A stretch of 64,000 nucleotides of DNA from Thainema sp. (GCA_052168235.1 JBQLZK010000009.1:1-64000), one strand, 5' to 3'; positions 49,839 to 59,751 are shown, counted from the stretch's first letter. A program made the numbers and translations. The notes: generated by a model not told the origin, from the letters alone.

Positions 49839-50384
49839 GTGAGAAAAAACATCGTTTTTTTAGTTAAACTTCTTGGATTAGGATGTACTTCGCTCATGGC
49901 ACTTTCGCTCCTTGTGATTTTAGGATTAATCGCGTCTTTTCGCCTTGGAGATAACTCAGAATATTCTCTGAATGGAGTCCGATGCCTTGAGATAGATGAC
50001 GAGATTGACTATTTTCAGGAATCATCAGAATTTGATTTGCCTAATGATGCTGAAATTATTCTAAGCTGTGACGACCATAGCGGTTTTCATTGGGACGGAG
50101 AATATTATTTTGTTTTTGATACAACTCCTCAGCAGGCAATGTCTTATGTAGACTCTACACCGTGGAATTCAAATTGGCAGCAAGGACCAGTTCCAGAAGA
50201 TATCTATGATAATCTTGGCTTAGGAAGATGGGCGAGTGAGCAGTTTGAGTCTTCTACCATTTGGTATCTTGCTGAAAATAATTCTCCTCCAAATACTTCT
50301 GTCTATGAAAAGTGGTGGAATGGAAGGGTCATGGTAGTAGATCCAGCAACTGGGCGCGTTTTTTACAGTAAATGGGATTTTTGA
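49839..50384 (+). CDS. Membrane-anchored acidic periplasmic protein, candidate immunity protein
   Basis: N-terminal TM then a ~150-aa acidic/aromatic domain; low GC like the 3' end of the upstream gene. Confidence 0.65.
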   Translation: MRKNIVFLVKLLGLGCTSLMALSLLVILGLIASFRLGDNSEYSLNGVRCLEIDDEIDYFQESSEFDLPNDAEIILSCDDHSGFHWDGEYYFVFDTTPQQAMSYVDSTPWNSNWQQGPVPEDIYDNLGLGRWASEQFESSTIWYLAENNSPPNTSVYEKWWNGRVMVVDPATGRVFYSKWDF

Positions 50385-50657
50385 TTGGTATGCTTCATGT
50401 TATTTTAATGAGTCAAAAGGATGGAAAATGTAGTGTTACTGGTTGTTCGTATAGATAGTTTCTTGAGCCAAAATTTTTTAAATCTTTATAAAGCTGAGAA
50501 CTGATGACTTGCTCTTCCTCTAAGTAGTATGAACAGGCTTTGCGATATTTCAATATAACAATACTGATGCGACTTGCTTTTGAGGATTATGCATGAGCAA
50601 ATGCTACTACAGCCTTTTCTGGGGGCATCCTAGAACCATTCTCTCTACCCACACCTC

Positions 50658-51653
50658 ATGCCATCTACCCTACGTGACCTAGCCGATCGCTGCCACTTCA
50701 CTCTCGGAGCCGCCGTCACTAGCGAACGCTACTTTTTAGCCAATCCGACCTACCGTCAAGTTCATACCCAAAACTTCAACCTGCTCGTTCCCGCTAGCGC
50801 GATGAAGTGTCATAACGTCTGCAAAGAGCCTCAGCAATACGACTTCAGTCTCTCTGATGCCCTTGTCGATGTTGCAACCCAACATCACCAAAAAGTGCGT
50901 GGCCATACCCTCTGTTGGCATGAAAGCTACGCCCCCTGGATGACCTCCCTCACCAGTCTAGAACTCGAAAAAGTCCTGCACGACTATATCACTACCCTAG
51001 TAGAGCGCTATCGAGGGCGTATCTATGCTTACGATGTCGTCAACGAAGCTCTCAAAGACGATGGCTACCCCCGTAACTCCATCTGGCGCAGCATCGAAAA
51101 CTTTATCCCCAAATGCTTCCAGTGGGCGCACGCTGCCGACCCAAATGCACAACTGCTCTACCTCGACTATCGAGTTCACACGACTGCCCGCTGGAAAGCC
51201 ATCTCCAAAATGGTGCGGGAGCTTCAAGATGCTGGTATTCCCATCCATGCCGTAGGAATGCAGCTACACCATAACCTCTTCCGCTCCATGACCATTAGTG
51301 GTATCCGCCTAGCCGGAGCCATCCAAGATTTGAAGAAACTAGGCGTCGCCGTTCATATTTGTGAAGTCAGCATTGGCATCCCAAAATCCGCTCAGGGGCT
51401 TCCCCCTGCGGTTAAGTTCAACCTCCAGGCACAAGCCTATCGACAGGTTGTCAAAGTTGCTTTAGAAGCGGGGGCTGAAAGCTGTAACTTCTGGGGCTAC
51501 AACGACTTGCATCCGTTCCATGTGCCCCCAGAGAATGACCCTAACGATACACCCGCTATCTTTGATGAGCATCTGCAACCCAAAGCCGCCTATCATGCCA
51601 TCCATGATGAACTGGCTCGCCAGGTTAAACGTCTAGAAGGTACAGCCGCTTAG
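50658..51653 (+). CDS. GH10 endo-1,4-beta-xylanase-like glycoside hydrolase
   Basis: Motifs VRGHTLCWH, YDVVNE (acid/base), VGMQLH, HICE (nucleophile) and FWG; no signal peptide. Confidence 0.88.
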   Translation: MPSTLRDLADRCHFTLGAAVTSERYFLANPTYRQVHTQNFNLLVPASAMKCHNVCKEPQQYDFSLSDALVDVATQHHQKVRGHTLCWHESYAPWMTSLTSLELEKVLHDYITTLVERYRGRIYAYDVVNEALKDDGYPRNSIWRSIENFIPKCFQWAHAADPNAQLLYLDYRVHTTARWKAISKMVRELQDAGIPIHAVGMQLHHNLFRSMTISGIRLAGAIQDLKKLGVAVHICEVSIGIPKSAQGLPPAVKFNLQAQAYRQVVKVALEAGAESCNFWGYNDLHPFHVPPENDPNDTPAIFDEHLQPKAAYHAIHDELARQVKRLEGTAA

Positions 51654-52144
51654 ATTGATCCGATATCAGCAGCGGTGGCTCGTGTCCAATTTCCCCGGCC
51701 ATTGGGCAGCAAATAGTGGCTTAGCTCGTTGGTTTTGGTATGCACCGGCACCGCAATAGCCAACTGGTACAGTTCTGAAGGATCGTTTTTCAGGGTCAGA
51801 GTGATGGTTGATGTGGTGGCTTCCAAAGAGGCAGCTTGATAATCCTCAAGACCTGATAGATAAATGGTCAAACTGTCCAGCACTTTGGTGGAATTGACAT
51901 AACCATCTTCATCGATAAACAAAGCAATCGGAGACTGTAGGTCGCTGACTCGTAGCCATTCTACGCCGTTAAAAATAGGAGAAGGAGCGGCTTCACTCCC
52001 TCTACCATCCAGCAGCAATATTAGATAATTTGCCTGTCCTGGTTGCAGGTAGGTATCCCACAGTTTAGGAAAGCCGCTGTAGCATTGGCTCAACAGTTTC
52101 AACTCCTGGAATAGATCATCGTAGCGCGATCGCAATTCATTCAT
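51650..52144 (-). CDS. Hypothetical protein
   Basis: 164-aa ATG-initiated ORF convergent with GH10; no recognised motif. Confidence 0.6.
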   Translation of the reverse strand: MNELRSRYDDLFQELKLLSQCYSGFPKLWDTYLQPGQANYLILLLDGRGSEAAPSPIFNGVEWLRVSDLQSPIALFIDEDGYVNSTKVLDSLTIYLSGLEDYQAASLEATTSTITLTLKNDPSELYQLAIAVPVHTKTNELSHYLLPNGRGNWTRATAADIGSI

Positions 52145-52449
52145 AGCTTAGTTAGACAGTCGGAGATAGGTCTTCGTTTTGCTTAACGTAGTCTGCCCAA
52201 GAAGAAGCCAGTGATGGCTATCGCTCCCTCTCTTTGGAGCGGATTCAAAGTTGACTTAGTAAAAGAACAGCGACAGCTACTTTTTTTCTAGTGGTTGATT
52301 GCCCTGGTGTTGTAACTTTTGACTTGCTATCTCAAAGTGCGATCGCGCTTTTCTGGTGAAAATGCTGTGACTTGCAGAAACATCTTTTGTAGTGGGCACA
52401 ATACCCTTATGCAAACTTCCGATCGCCCCGTAAGCTGTACTGATACTCT

Positions 52450-54369
52450 ATGGCTCAGATGATTCCTGACTCTATTCCCTCGAACGCGAGCCAGGGAGAG
52501 AAAACGCTGTATCACCTGCTGAGCGATCGTCTACCGGATGACTTCATTGTTTGGTATGAGCCACGGGTGAAGAACCTCTATCCAGATTTTGTGGTGCTGG
52601 GGCCAGGCTTCGGCCTGCTGATTCTAGAGGTGAAAGGCTGGTTTGCCCACCACATTGAACGCGCCAATCACAACTTCTTTGACGTTCGCTATCGGCGTGA
52701 CAATACCATCAAGGTTGAAACCTATTCATCACCGCTGAAGCAGGGCCACAACTACTTTGCGTCCGTTTCCGATAAGCTGCTGGGCTATCCGCTCCTGTGC
52801 CGTCCAGACGGCAACTATCAAGGTCGCCTTGCTTTCCCGGTCGGTGTTGGCGCGGTCATGTCGAACATAACCGAGGCTCAAGCACGGGATGAAAACCTGT
52901 ATGTGCTGCTGGAGAAACCCCAGGTTGCCTATCGGGATGAGCTGCTGGCCTGGGAGAACATTAGCTCTCTCAATTTGATTGCCCGACTGAAGGCCATGTT
53001 TACGGTGGATTTTCCATTTCCACCGCTAACCCCTGACCAGATCAGCACGATTAAAGGAGTGCTGCATCCTGAAACCGTAATTAAGCAGGTGCCAGCGAGC
53101 CAGATGAGTTTACCGCTGGAGATTGAACAGCCACTGCCATCGAACAGTATGAAGTTGGTCAGCCTTGCCATTGAGCAAGAACGGCTTGCTCGCAAGCTCA
53201 AAGGTGGTCATCGACTTTTCTCTGGCGTTGCGGGTTCCGGTAAGACGCTGATTCTGCTGGCTCGTGCTAAAGCGCTGGCCAATCGGCTCTCACGGCCACG
53301 GGTACTGATTCTCTGCTTTAACATTACGCTGGCTGCTCACCTGAGATCGCAGCTGCACTCAGATGCCCAAAATCCTCAGTATCGAGCACAAATACAGGCT
53401 CAGCATTTTCATGACTGGGCGCGATCACTGCTCGGACGGCTGCCCGTGCCTAGAGAATTCAATAGCAGTGAAGAATATGAGACGTTTCTTGGCCAGCAGG
53501 TCTTGCTGCGGTTGCAGCAGCGATCGTCGGATCAAAAGTGGGATGCAGTCTTGGTGGATGAAGCGCATACGTTCTCCCCTGACTGGTTCCTCTGCTGTGT
53601 TGCTGCTTTGAAAGATCCTCTAGAGGGCGATCTGATGATTGTTTCAGATGGTAGTCAGAGTCTCTATCAGCGGCGCAAGTTTACCTGGAAATCAGTTGGC
53701 ATACAGGCACAGGGCCGCAGTCAGCGACTGGCTCAGAACTACCGGAATACGCATGAAATTCTCTCAGCCGCGTGGCAGGTTGTACAGCCCGCTCCAGCCG
53801 TACCTGATGAAGATGCGACATTTCCCATTGTTGAACCGAGGGCAGCGCTCCGGCATGGGCCAAAGCCTGTTCTGCATCTGACTTCATCTAGAGCAGATGC
53901 AGTCGAAGCCGTTTTAGATGAGGTGCGATCGCAGTGTGAATCGGGCTATGCTCCGGCTGAGATTGCGATTCTCTACCGCTACAAGTCCAAAAAAGATGAG
54001 CCGCTGTTTCAGTCGATGCTGAAGCGGTTAGACGATATGGGTGTGCAGTCCTACTGGATAACTGAGAGTACGACAACCAAACTCAACTACAGCGTTCGCA
54101 AGCCAGGCGTGCGCGTCCTCACGACGCTGTCCTCACTGGGCTTGGAATTCAAGGTTGTTCTGCTGATCTGGGTGGAGCAATTCAACGACTGCTGCGATCG
54201 CAACTCTGATGCAGTAGCCTTAGCGCGGCGGCAGCTCTATGTGGCGATGACTCGTGCTCAGGATGAACTACATCTGTTTGGCCATGTGCGATCGCCCGTT
54301 ATTCGAGAACTGAGAGAAAGCAATGCATTTAGCGCGATCACTGTTCGAACCAGCCAGGTGATGACATAG
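52450..54369 (+). CDS. NERD nuclease-domain / UvrD-like SF1 helicase fusion
   Basis: Motifs PDFVVL....GLLILEVKGW, GVAGSGKT, VDEAH, L.QNYRN, SLGLEF and LYVAMTRA. Confidence 0.88.
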   Translation: MAQMIPDSIPSNASQGEKTLYHLLSDRLPDDFIVWYEPRVKNLYPDFVVLGPGFGLLILEVKGWFAHHIERANHNFFDVRYRRDNTIKVETYSSPLKQGHNYFASVSDKLLGYPLLCRPDGNYQGRLAFPVGVGAVMSNITEAQARDENLYVLLEKPQVAYRDELLAWENISSLNLIARLKAMFTVDFPFPPLTPDQISTIKGVLHPETVIKQVPASQMSLPLEIEQPLPSNSMKLVSLAIEQERLARKLKGGHRLFSGVAGSGKTLILLARAKALANRLSRPRVLILCFNITLAAHLRSQLHSDAQNPQYRAQIQAQHFHDWARSLLGRLPVPREFNSSEEYETFLGQQVLLRLQQRSSDQKWDAVLVDEAHTFSPDWFLCCVAALKDPLEGDLMIVSDGSQSLYQRRKFTWKSVGIQAQGRSQRLAQNYRNTHEILSAAWQVVQPAPAVPDEDATFPIVEPRAALRHGPKPVLHLTSSRADAVEAVLDEVRSQCESGYAPAEIAILYRYKSKKDEPLFQSMLKRLDDMGVQSYWITESTTTKLNYSVRKPGVRVLTTLSSLGLEFKVVLLIWVEQFNDCCDRNSDAVALARRQLYVAMTRAQDELHLFGHVRSPVIRELRESNAFSAITVRTSQVMT

Positions 54370-54495
54370 ACAAAAGCGCCTCCAATGCTTCATAAAGAAG
54401 AGACCCGGCACTGGAGTATGGCAAACGCAAAAACAGAGTCAGGGCTTTAGCTACGTAGATTCTCACATGGCTTTTTACAGGTTGGGTGATTGAAC

Positions 54496-55071
54496 TCAGT
54501 GGGAGATCTGCGATCGCAAAAAGTCTTGGATGGCAATCTCACACTCCGGAAACGCTAGCGGTGTAACAGTATCCTGTTCCGATAGCGTTCGCTGTACCCT
54601 ATAGCCTGTTTGCTCTGGCTCTTGAAAGACATACAAACACCGTTCTTGCACATCCAAGATCCAGTACTCCTGAATGCCAGAGTGTCCGTATATGGGAACT
54701 TTTAGATCGCGATCGCGCCGTAGTGTACTGTCCGCTACCTCAATGAGTAAAAATATTTCTGTTGGTATTGGGTGGTGATCTTCATAATCAAGCGGATCAA
54801 TTTGCACCACTGCTACATCAGGTTCGGGTTCTGAGAAGCCGCTCAACTGTACTGGGTCTTGAAACCGCAGCAATGCCTTTCCTGCCAACAGACGAGACAA
54901 TATTCGACCGATGCGCGTTACTGCTGCGCTATGCGCTGTCCCTTTTGCGGGCATCCTGTAGAGCTGTCCTTCAATCAATTCCACTCGTTCATCAGCTGCC
55001 AAAATTCCCGCTTCTACCATGCGGTGATAGTCCTGCACACTGAGTGCTCTGAGTTCTGCGGCAATACTCAT
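54496..55071 (-). CDS. Uma2 (DUF820) family endonuclease
   Basis: Motifs VELIEG, SEPEPD, LLIEVADS, DRDLK..Y and IQEYWILD. Confidence 0.9.
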   Translation of the reverse strand: MSIAAELRALSVQDYHRMVEAGILAADERVELIEGQLYRMPAKGTAHSAAVTRIGRILSRLLAGKALLRFQDPVQLSGFSEPEPDVAVVQIDPLDYEDHHPIPTEIFLLIEVADSTLRRDRDLKVPIYGHSGIQEYWILDVQERCLYVFQEPEQTGYRVQRTLSEQDTVTPLAFPECEIAIQDFLRSQISH

Positions 55072-55159
55072 CCTTTCAACCTCTCAGCAGCTGCAATCTC
55101 TATGTCTAGTTTGGCACTATCTTCAGCATTAGCCTAGTACAGCGTTAAAGCTTAAATTT

Positions 55160-55236
55160 GTAGGTTGGGTTAGCGCTAGCGTAACCCAACGGAACCATTG
55201 CCGCTGTTGGGTTTCACTTCGTTCAACCCAACCTAC
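55160..55236. repeat. Inverted pair of GTAG-type REP sequences (REPIN-like)
   Basis: GTAGGTTGGGTTAGCGCTAGCGTAACCCAAC facing GTTGGGTTTCACTTCGTTCAACCCAACCTAC. Confidence 0.8.
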
Positions 55237-55479
55237 AGTAACCCACTAAATCAAATCCAATTGATGGCTTATGTTGCTGAGCAGATAAGCAAAAACTCCT
55301 CACATTCTTTTTGCCAAAGTCCAATGTGAGGAGCTGAATCGATTTCTGATTTTTTCAAGTGAAGGACAGTAAACGCGGAGTGGGTAAGTTTGATTGTGGA
55401 ATTGGAGGATGGGCAAAAGACAGAAGACGCACAATTTCATTCATTAATTATCAATCGATATTTAATGGCTAGTACTGAA

Positions 55480-55628
55480 AGGCAGAAGTAAGAAGGCAGA
55501 AGGCAGAACGGAGATTCCCTATCTTGAAAGAGTTTCAGCTTTAGCAAAAGGGTGAGTTATTTCTGCCGTCGATTACTAGTTAGGTAACCTTTTCATCCTT
55601 CTGCCTTCTGCCTTCTGCCTTCTGCCTT
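55480..55628. repeat. Element bounded by inverted heptamer arrays (GGCAGAA)n ... (TTCTGCC)n
   Basis: Directly visible; abuts the trailer end of the CRISPR array. Confidence 0.75.
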
Positions 55629-55635
55629 GGTAGAC

Positions 55636-58552
55636 GTTTCCATTAATTCAACTTCCGAAGAAGTTTAGAGTGGCGAGCTTCGTTACGGTACTGGGTTAGA
55701 TTCTGAGGGTTTCCATTAATTCAACTTCCGAAGAAGTTTAGAGCTCCAATCAGGTCAAGGTGGCCCCGCATCCTATACCCAGAAGTTTCCATTAATTCAA
55801 CTTCCGAAGAAGTTTAGAGAATGCAACGTACAGGCAGTTGGAGGTTTCGTTCACGGTTTCCACTAATTCAACTTCCGAAGAAGTTTAGAGCAATCCTAGC
55901 GGATTGTCTCAAACCGACGTGCAATCGGTTTCCATTAATTCAACTTCCGAAGAAGTTTAGAGTAGGATCTGCTGACGGACGGACTGAAGTAAAAAGTTTC
56001 CATTAATTCAACTTCCGAAGAAGTTTAGAGCCCATGTTGTCAAAGTCACAAAAGGCAATAATTAGTTTCCATTAATTCAACTTCCGAAGAAGTTTAGAGC
56101 ATGGGCTACACAGCTCGTCGCTAGGTTCCAGCTTGCTGTTTCCATTAATTCAACTTCCGAAGAAGTTTAGAGCACAGCAAACGTGCCCCGATGGCACCGT
56201 CGTCAACAATGGTTTCCATTAATTCAACTTTCGAAGAAGTTTAGAGATGAGTCTGATGGGATGATTAACTCCCAACAGATCGCAACGTTTCCATTAATTC
56301 AACTTCCGAAGAAGTTTAGAGGGGTTGGACTCCTGAAATCTGAACTCCAGCAGTTCTTAGGTTTCCATTAATTCAACTTCCGAAGAAGTTTAGAGATGAA
56401 AACCTGCTAGTGATTGATTGCTTCCTTGAAGGTTTCCATTAATTCAACTTCCGAAGAAGTTTAGAGTTGGATTTGTAATCCAAACTCAATATCTAACCTT
56501 ATGTTTCCATTAATTCAACTTCCGAAGAAGTTTAGAGCATACTGAAGAAAAATATATAGTAATCGCTTCATCAAGTGTTTCCATTAATTCAACTTCCGAA
56601 GAAGTTTAGAGTTGAAGGGGTACTTCATGTCCCCGAAACCAATCACGTTTCCATTAATTCAACTTCCGAAGAAGTTTAGAGTATCATTTGGCACTGTAGT
56701 GGGCGGTCAGAGTCAGGTTTCCATTAATTCAACTTCCGAAGAAGTTTAGAGAGGCTCATACTTAAGCCACTACGGGCTCGAGTATGGACTGTTTCCATTA
56801 ATTCAACTTCCGAAGAAGTTTAGAGATCTAAAGCGACTACTACAACTGTTTTAATTCGCTAAAGTTTCCATTAATTCAACTTCCGAAGAAGTTTAGAGAA
56901 TTTTTTTCTGGACGCGGCAGCAATGCCACAGGTGGTTTCCATTAATTCAACTTCCGAAGAAGTTTAGAGTTAAGGCGGCTGTCGAGGCGACAGGTGGCCA
57001 CTCGTTTCCATTAATTCAACTTCCGAAGAAGTTTAGAGAAGCCTTCCGCAAGAGCAACGAAAGCTCTTTCGTCGTTTCCATTAATTCAACTTCCGAAGAA
57101 GTTTAGAGACTCAACTAGTTGAATTAGACATTAAGCTCGCTGTAGCTCAGGCTGTTTCCATTAATTCAACTTCCGAAGAAGTTTAGAGTTTTGGGTTCAA
57201 TCGTTACCAAAACAGTTCCAGCGTTTCCATTAATTCAACTTCCGAAGAAGTTTAGAGGTTCCCTATTGGCAAGCGCCCTACCAGCTTTTGCGGGAGTTTC
57301 CATTAATTCAACTTCCGAAGAAGTTTAGAGCCTATGAGCCAAATGCAGGCTTCATCTCATGCGAAGATTGTTTCCATTAATTCAACTTCCGAAGAAGTTT
57401 AGAGTTGCCTCATCAGTAGGGGCGCAGGAGGCGTCTGCGTTTCCATTAATTCAACTTCCGAAGAAGTTTAGAGCAGCCACCGCCCAAGTCATGGGTGGCG
57501 ACCAGGGAACGTTTCCATTAATTCAACTTCCGAAGAAGTTTAGAGAAGGGACCACACTCACCCCACCCTCATCTATAACGGTTTCCATTAATTCAACTTC
57601 CGAAGAAGTTTAGAGCAGCCTGAGCCTCAGCCCGATGTCACCAATAATTATGGTGGGTTTCCATTAATTCAACTTCCGAAGAAGTTTAGAGCGGATGTGG
57701 ATGAAACGGAAGGCGGGGCAGCCATCGTTTCCATTAATTCAACTTCCGAAGAAGTTTAGAGGATCGTCGATAACGGTGTGAAGCTTGCTCCGCAAGCTGC
57801 GTTTCCATTAATTCAACTTCCGAAGAAGTTTAGAGTAGAGATCCAGATCACCCAAGCTAACAAGCTGGCTGGGTTTCCATTAATTCAACTTCCGAAGAAG
57901 TTTAGAGTCTGGGAAATCCCAAGTTTGGGGAAGTGAACGAAAGTTTCCATTAATTCAACTTCCGAAGAAGTTTAGAGGTGCACTTCTCGTTGGAGGAGCA
58001 GTCATGACTCCCGTTTCCATTAATTCAACTTCCGAAGAAGTTTAGAGAGCAAAGTGAAGGGTCTGGGGGATTCGAAGGAAACGTTTCCATTAATTCAACT
58101 TCCGAAGAAGTTTAGAGAATCTACCCAACCACCTGCTGCTCAGCAACTTCCAGGTTTCCATTAATTCAACTTCCGAAGAAGTTTAGAGCTCCCTATAAAG
58201 ACCACATCCCTCCCAGGTATATGGATGTGGTTTCCATTAATTCAACTTCCGAAGAAGTTTAGAGGCGGTCGTGGCAGGTGGAGCAGCAATCACTGCTCTC
58301 ACGTTTCCATTAATTCAACTTCCGAAGAAGTTTAGAGAGATTGCGAGTACCTTTTTGCCACAGGTACTCAAAAACTGTTTCCATTAATTCAACTTCCGAA
58401 GAAGTTTAGAGTTCCTTGTCAGTCGTGCCAGATTCAACGAGGGGATGTTTCCATTAATTCAACTTCCGAAGAAGTTTAGAGGTGTTGATGCTCAAGAATA
58501 TGGAACAATCGTTGGAAGTTTCCATTAATTCAACTTCCGAAGAAGTTTAGAG
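55636..58552 (-). CRISPR. CRISPR array, 41 repeats / 40 spacers, type III-like
   Basis: 35-bp repeat GTTTCCATTAATTCAACTTCCGAAGAAGTTTAGAG on +. On the minus strand it ends ATGGAAAC (8-nt handle). Spacers are 33-45 bp. Single-base repeat variants at 55856 and 56212 lie toward the left (trailer) side. Confidence 0.98.
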
Positions 58553-58842
58553 GGTCGGGTTCTAGAACCCTTGCCTCGTCTACATTCTACACCCCCATTT
58601 TTCTCGGGGTCGCCCCAAACCCAAAATAAATGCAAAGATCTCTCAACAATGCCCTGTGGAAAACCTCTGAAACCCTTATCCCATAAGCCTCGCGCTGGGT
58701 TCGACGAAAGAATGCGGGTTTCAGCGATCCGTAGACCCCGAGAAGAAATCAAGCATAGAAGCGTAAACAAGAGCAAATCGCAAACCATAGACCATGAATC
58801 ACTCTGACGACCAAAAACAAGCAAAAATCAGAATTGGGATTC
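58553..58842 (-). promoter_or_regulatory. CRISPR leader
   Basis: Region between the cas operon and the first repeat with no credible gene; same strand as the cas genes. Confidence 0.7.
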
Positions 58843-59283
58843 TCATCTCTTTCGCGAAAACAACCGCTGTATCAGGCGTTTGGGGCTTTTCGTTAGGGGA
58901 TTGTACTCCTCATGGGAAATCACCTTCATTGGCGTTACCTGATCGCCGTCATCATGACACAGCAACCGATAGCGATCCGTTACCGGAATTCTAATCACAT
59001 CATGCGACATTTTCAGTCGTTTTCCTGAGAGTTGCCAATAGCTTGTTCCCTGGTTCAATGCTGATAAAACCTGCCGCGCTTTTTTGACAATTGCCTTTGG
59101 CAATTCACTCAAATCAATCACATCCGCACTGAACGTCGCCGCCCAATTCTGCCGTTTCGCCTGCCGTTTTTGCAAGGCTTGTTGCTTGTGCCTAGCCCGA
59201 TCTGCACAGCAGTGACAATAGCGACCAAATCCCCGATGCCCGCAGCGGAACCGTTTTTTATGTTTTCGACTGCGGCGGCTCAT
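58843..59283 (-). CDS. Zn-finger plus RelE/ParE-like small basic protein
   Basis: CGH.G.G.YCHCC N-terminus; C-terminal L.GKRL.....IRIPV..RYRLL.......ISHEEYN resembles RelE/ParE-fold toxins. Confidence 0.6.
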   Translation of the reverse strand: MSRRSRKHKKRFRCGHRGFGRYCHCCADRARHKQQALQKRQAKRQNWAATFSADVIDLSELPKAIVKKARQVLSALNQGTSYWQLSGKRLKMSHDVIRIPVTDRYRLLCHDDGDQVTPMKVISHEEYNPLTKSPKRLIQRLFSRKR

Positions 59284-59666
59284 GATGACACCACCCAAGC
59301 ATCCGCGTTCTCAATGAAGCGAGCTGCCGTTTTCAGCACAATCTCGTATTGATGAAACATTTCCTGACCCACTTCTGCATCCAGGTAGTTACACAAAATT
59401 GCAAACTCCAGCCAGGTTTGAGTCTCTGCTGCTTCGGCCTCCACTTCATTCAGCTTGGCCACAAACGCCTTGTGATAGCGTCGCTTTTGCCACGCCTCAG
59501 CTAAATTGGCACAGACCGATCGCGACGAACGAATCAACTGCTCCGTCAGCAAATAGCGCTCATTCTCTGGAAACGCCTGCGTCAGCTCAAAGATCCGCAT
59601 GGCCGCTTCAAAAGCAACCTGGTACATCAACAACTCTCGATGATCCGTAACAAAATCAGCAGACAT
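59280..59666 (-). CDS. Four-helix-bundle protein (23S rRNA IVP / Avd-like family)
   Basis: Motifs L..YQ.A, FP..ERY.L..QLIRSSRSVCANLAEA and E.AETQTWLEFA; ATGA overlap with the next gene. Confidence 0.88.
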   Translation of the reverse strand: MSADFVTDHRELLMYQVAFEAAMRIFELTQAFPENERYLLTEQLIRSSRSVCANLAEAWQKRRYHKAFVAKLNEVEAEAAETQTWLEFAILCNYLDAEVGQEMFHQYEIVLKTAARFIENADAWVVSS

Positions 59667-59710
59667 AATTTTTCTCCAAATCATTCAAATCTTGAATAAA
59701 CCTGTTCTTT

Positions 59711-59750
59711 CTCCCCTCTCCTGCTGGGAGAGGGGCTTGGGGGTGAGGGC
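59711..59750. repeat. Small dispersed hairpin repeat (CCCCTCTCC-N5-GGAGAGGGG...GGGGTGAGGG)
   Basis: Directly visible between cas2 and the four-helix-bundle gene. Confidence 0.7.
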
Positions 59751-59751
59751 A

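Noticed and set aside
56247..56286. Hammerhead ribozyme core in a spacer (CTGATG...)
   Set aside because: It lacks the CUGAUGA...GAAA consensus and is a simple hairpin.
55821..57613. ORFs containing repeated FPLIQLPKKFR
   Set aside because: Translations of CRISPR repeats, not genes.
55671..58517. Self-targeting spacers matching this window
   Set aside because: None spotted by eye; not exhaustive and needs an alignment.
58525..58994. Short ORFs over the CRISPR leader
   Set aside because: They overlap the repeat, leader or a real gene and have no protein motifs.
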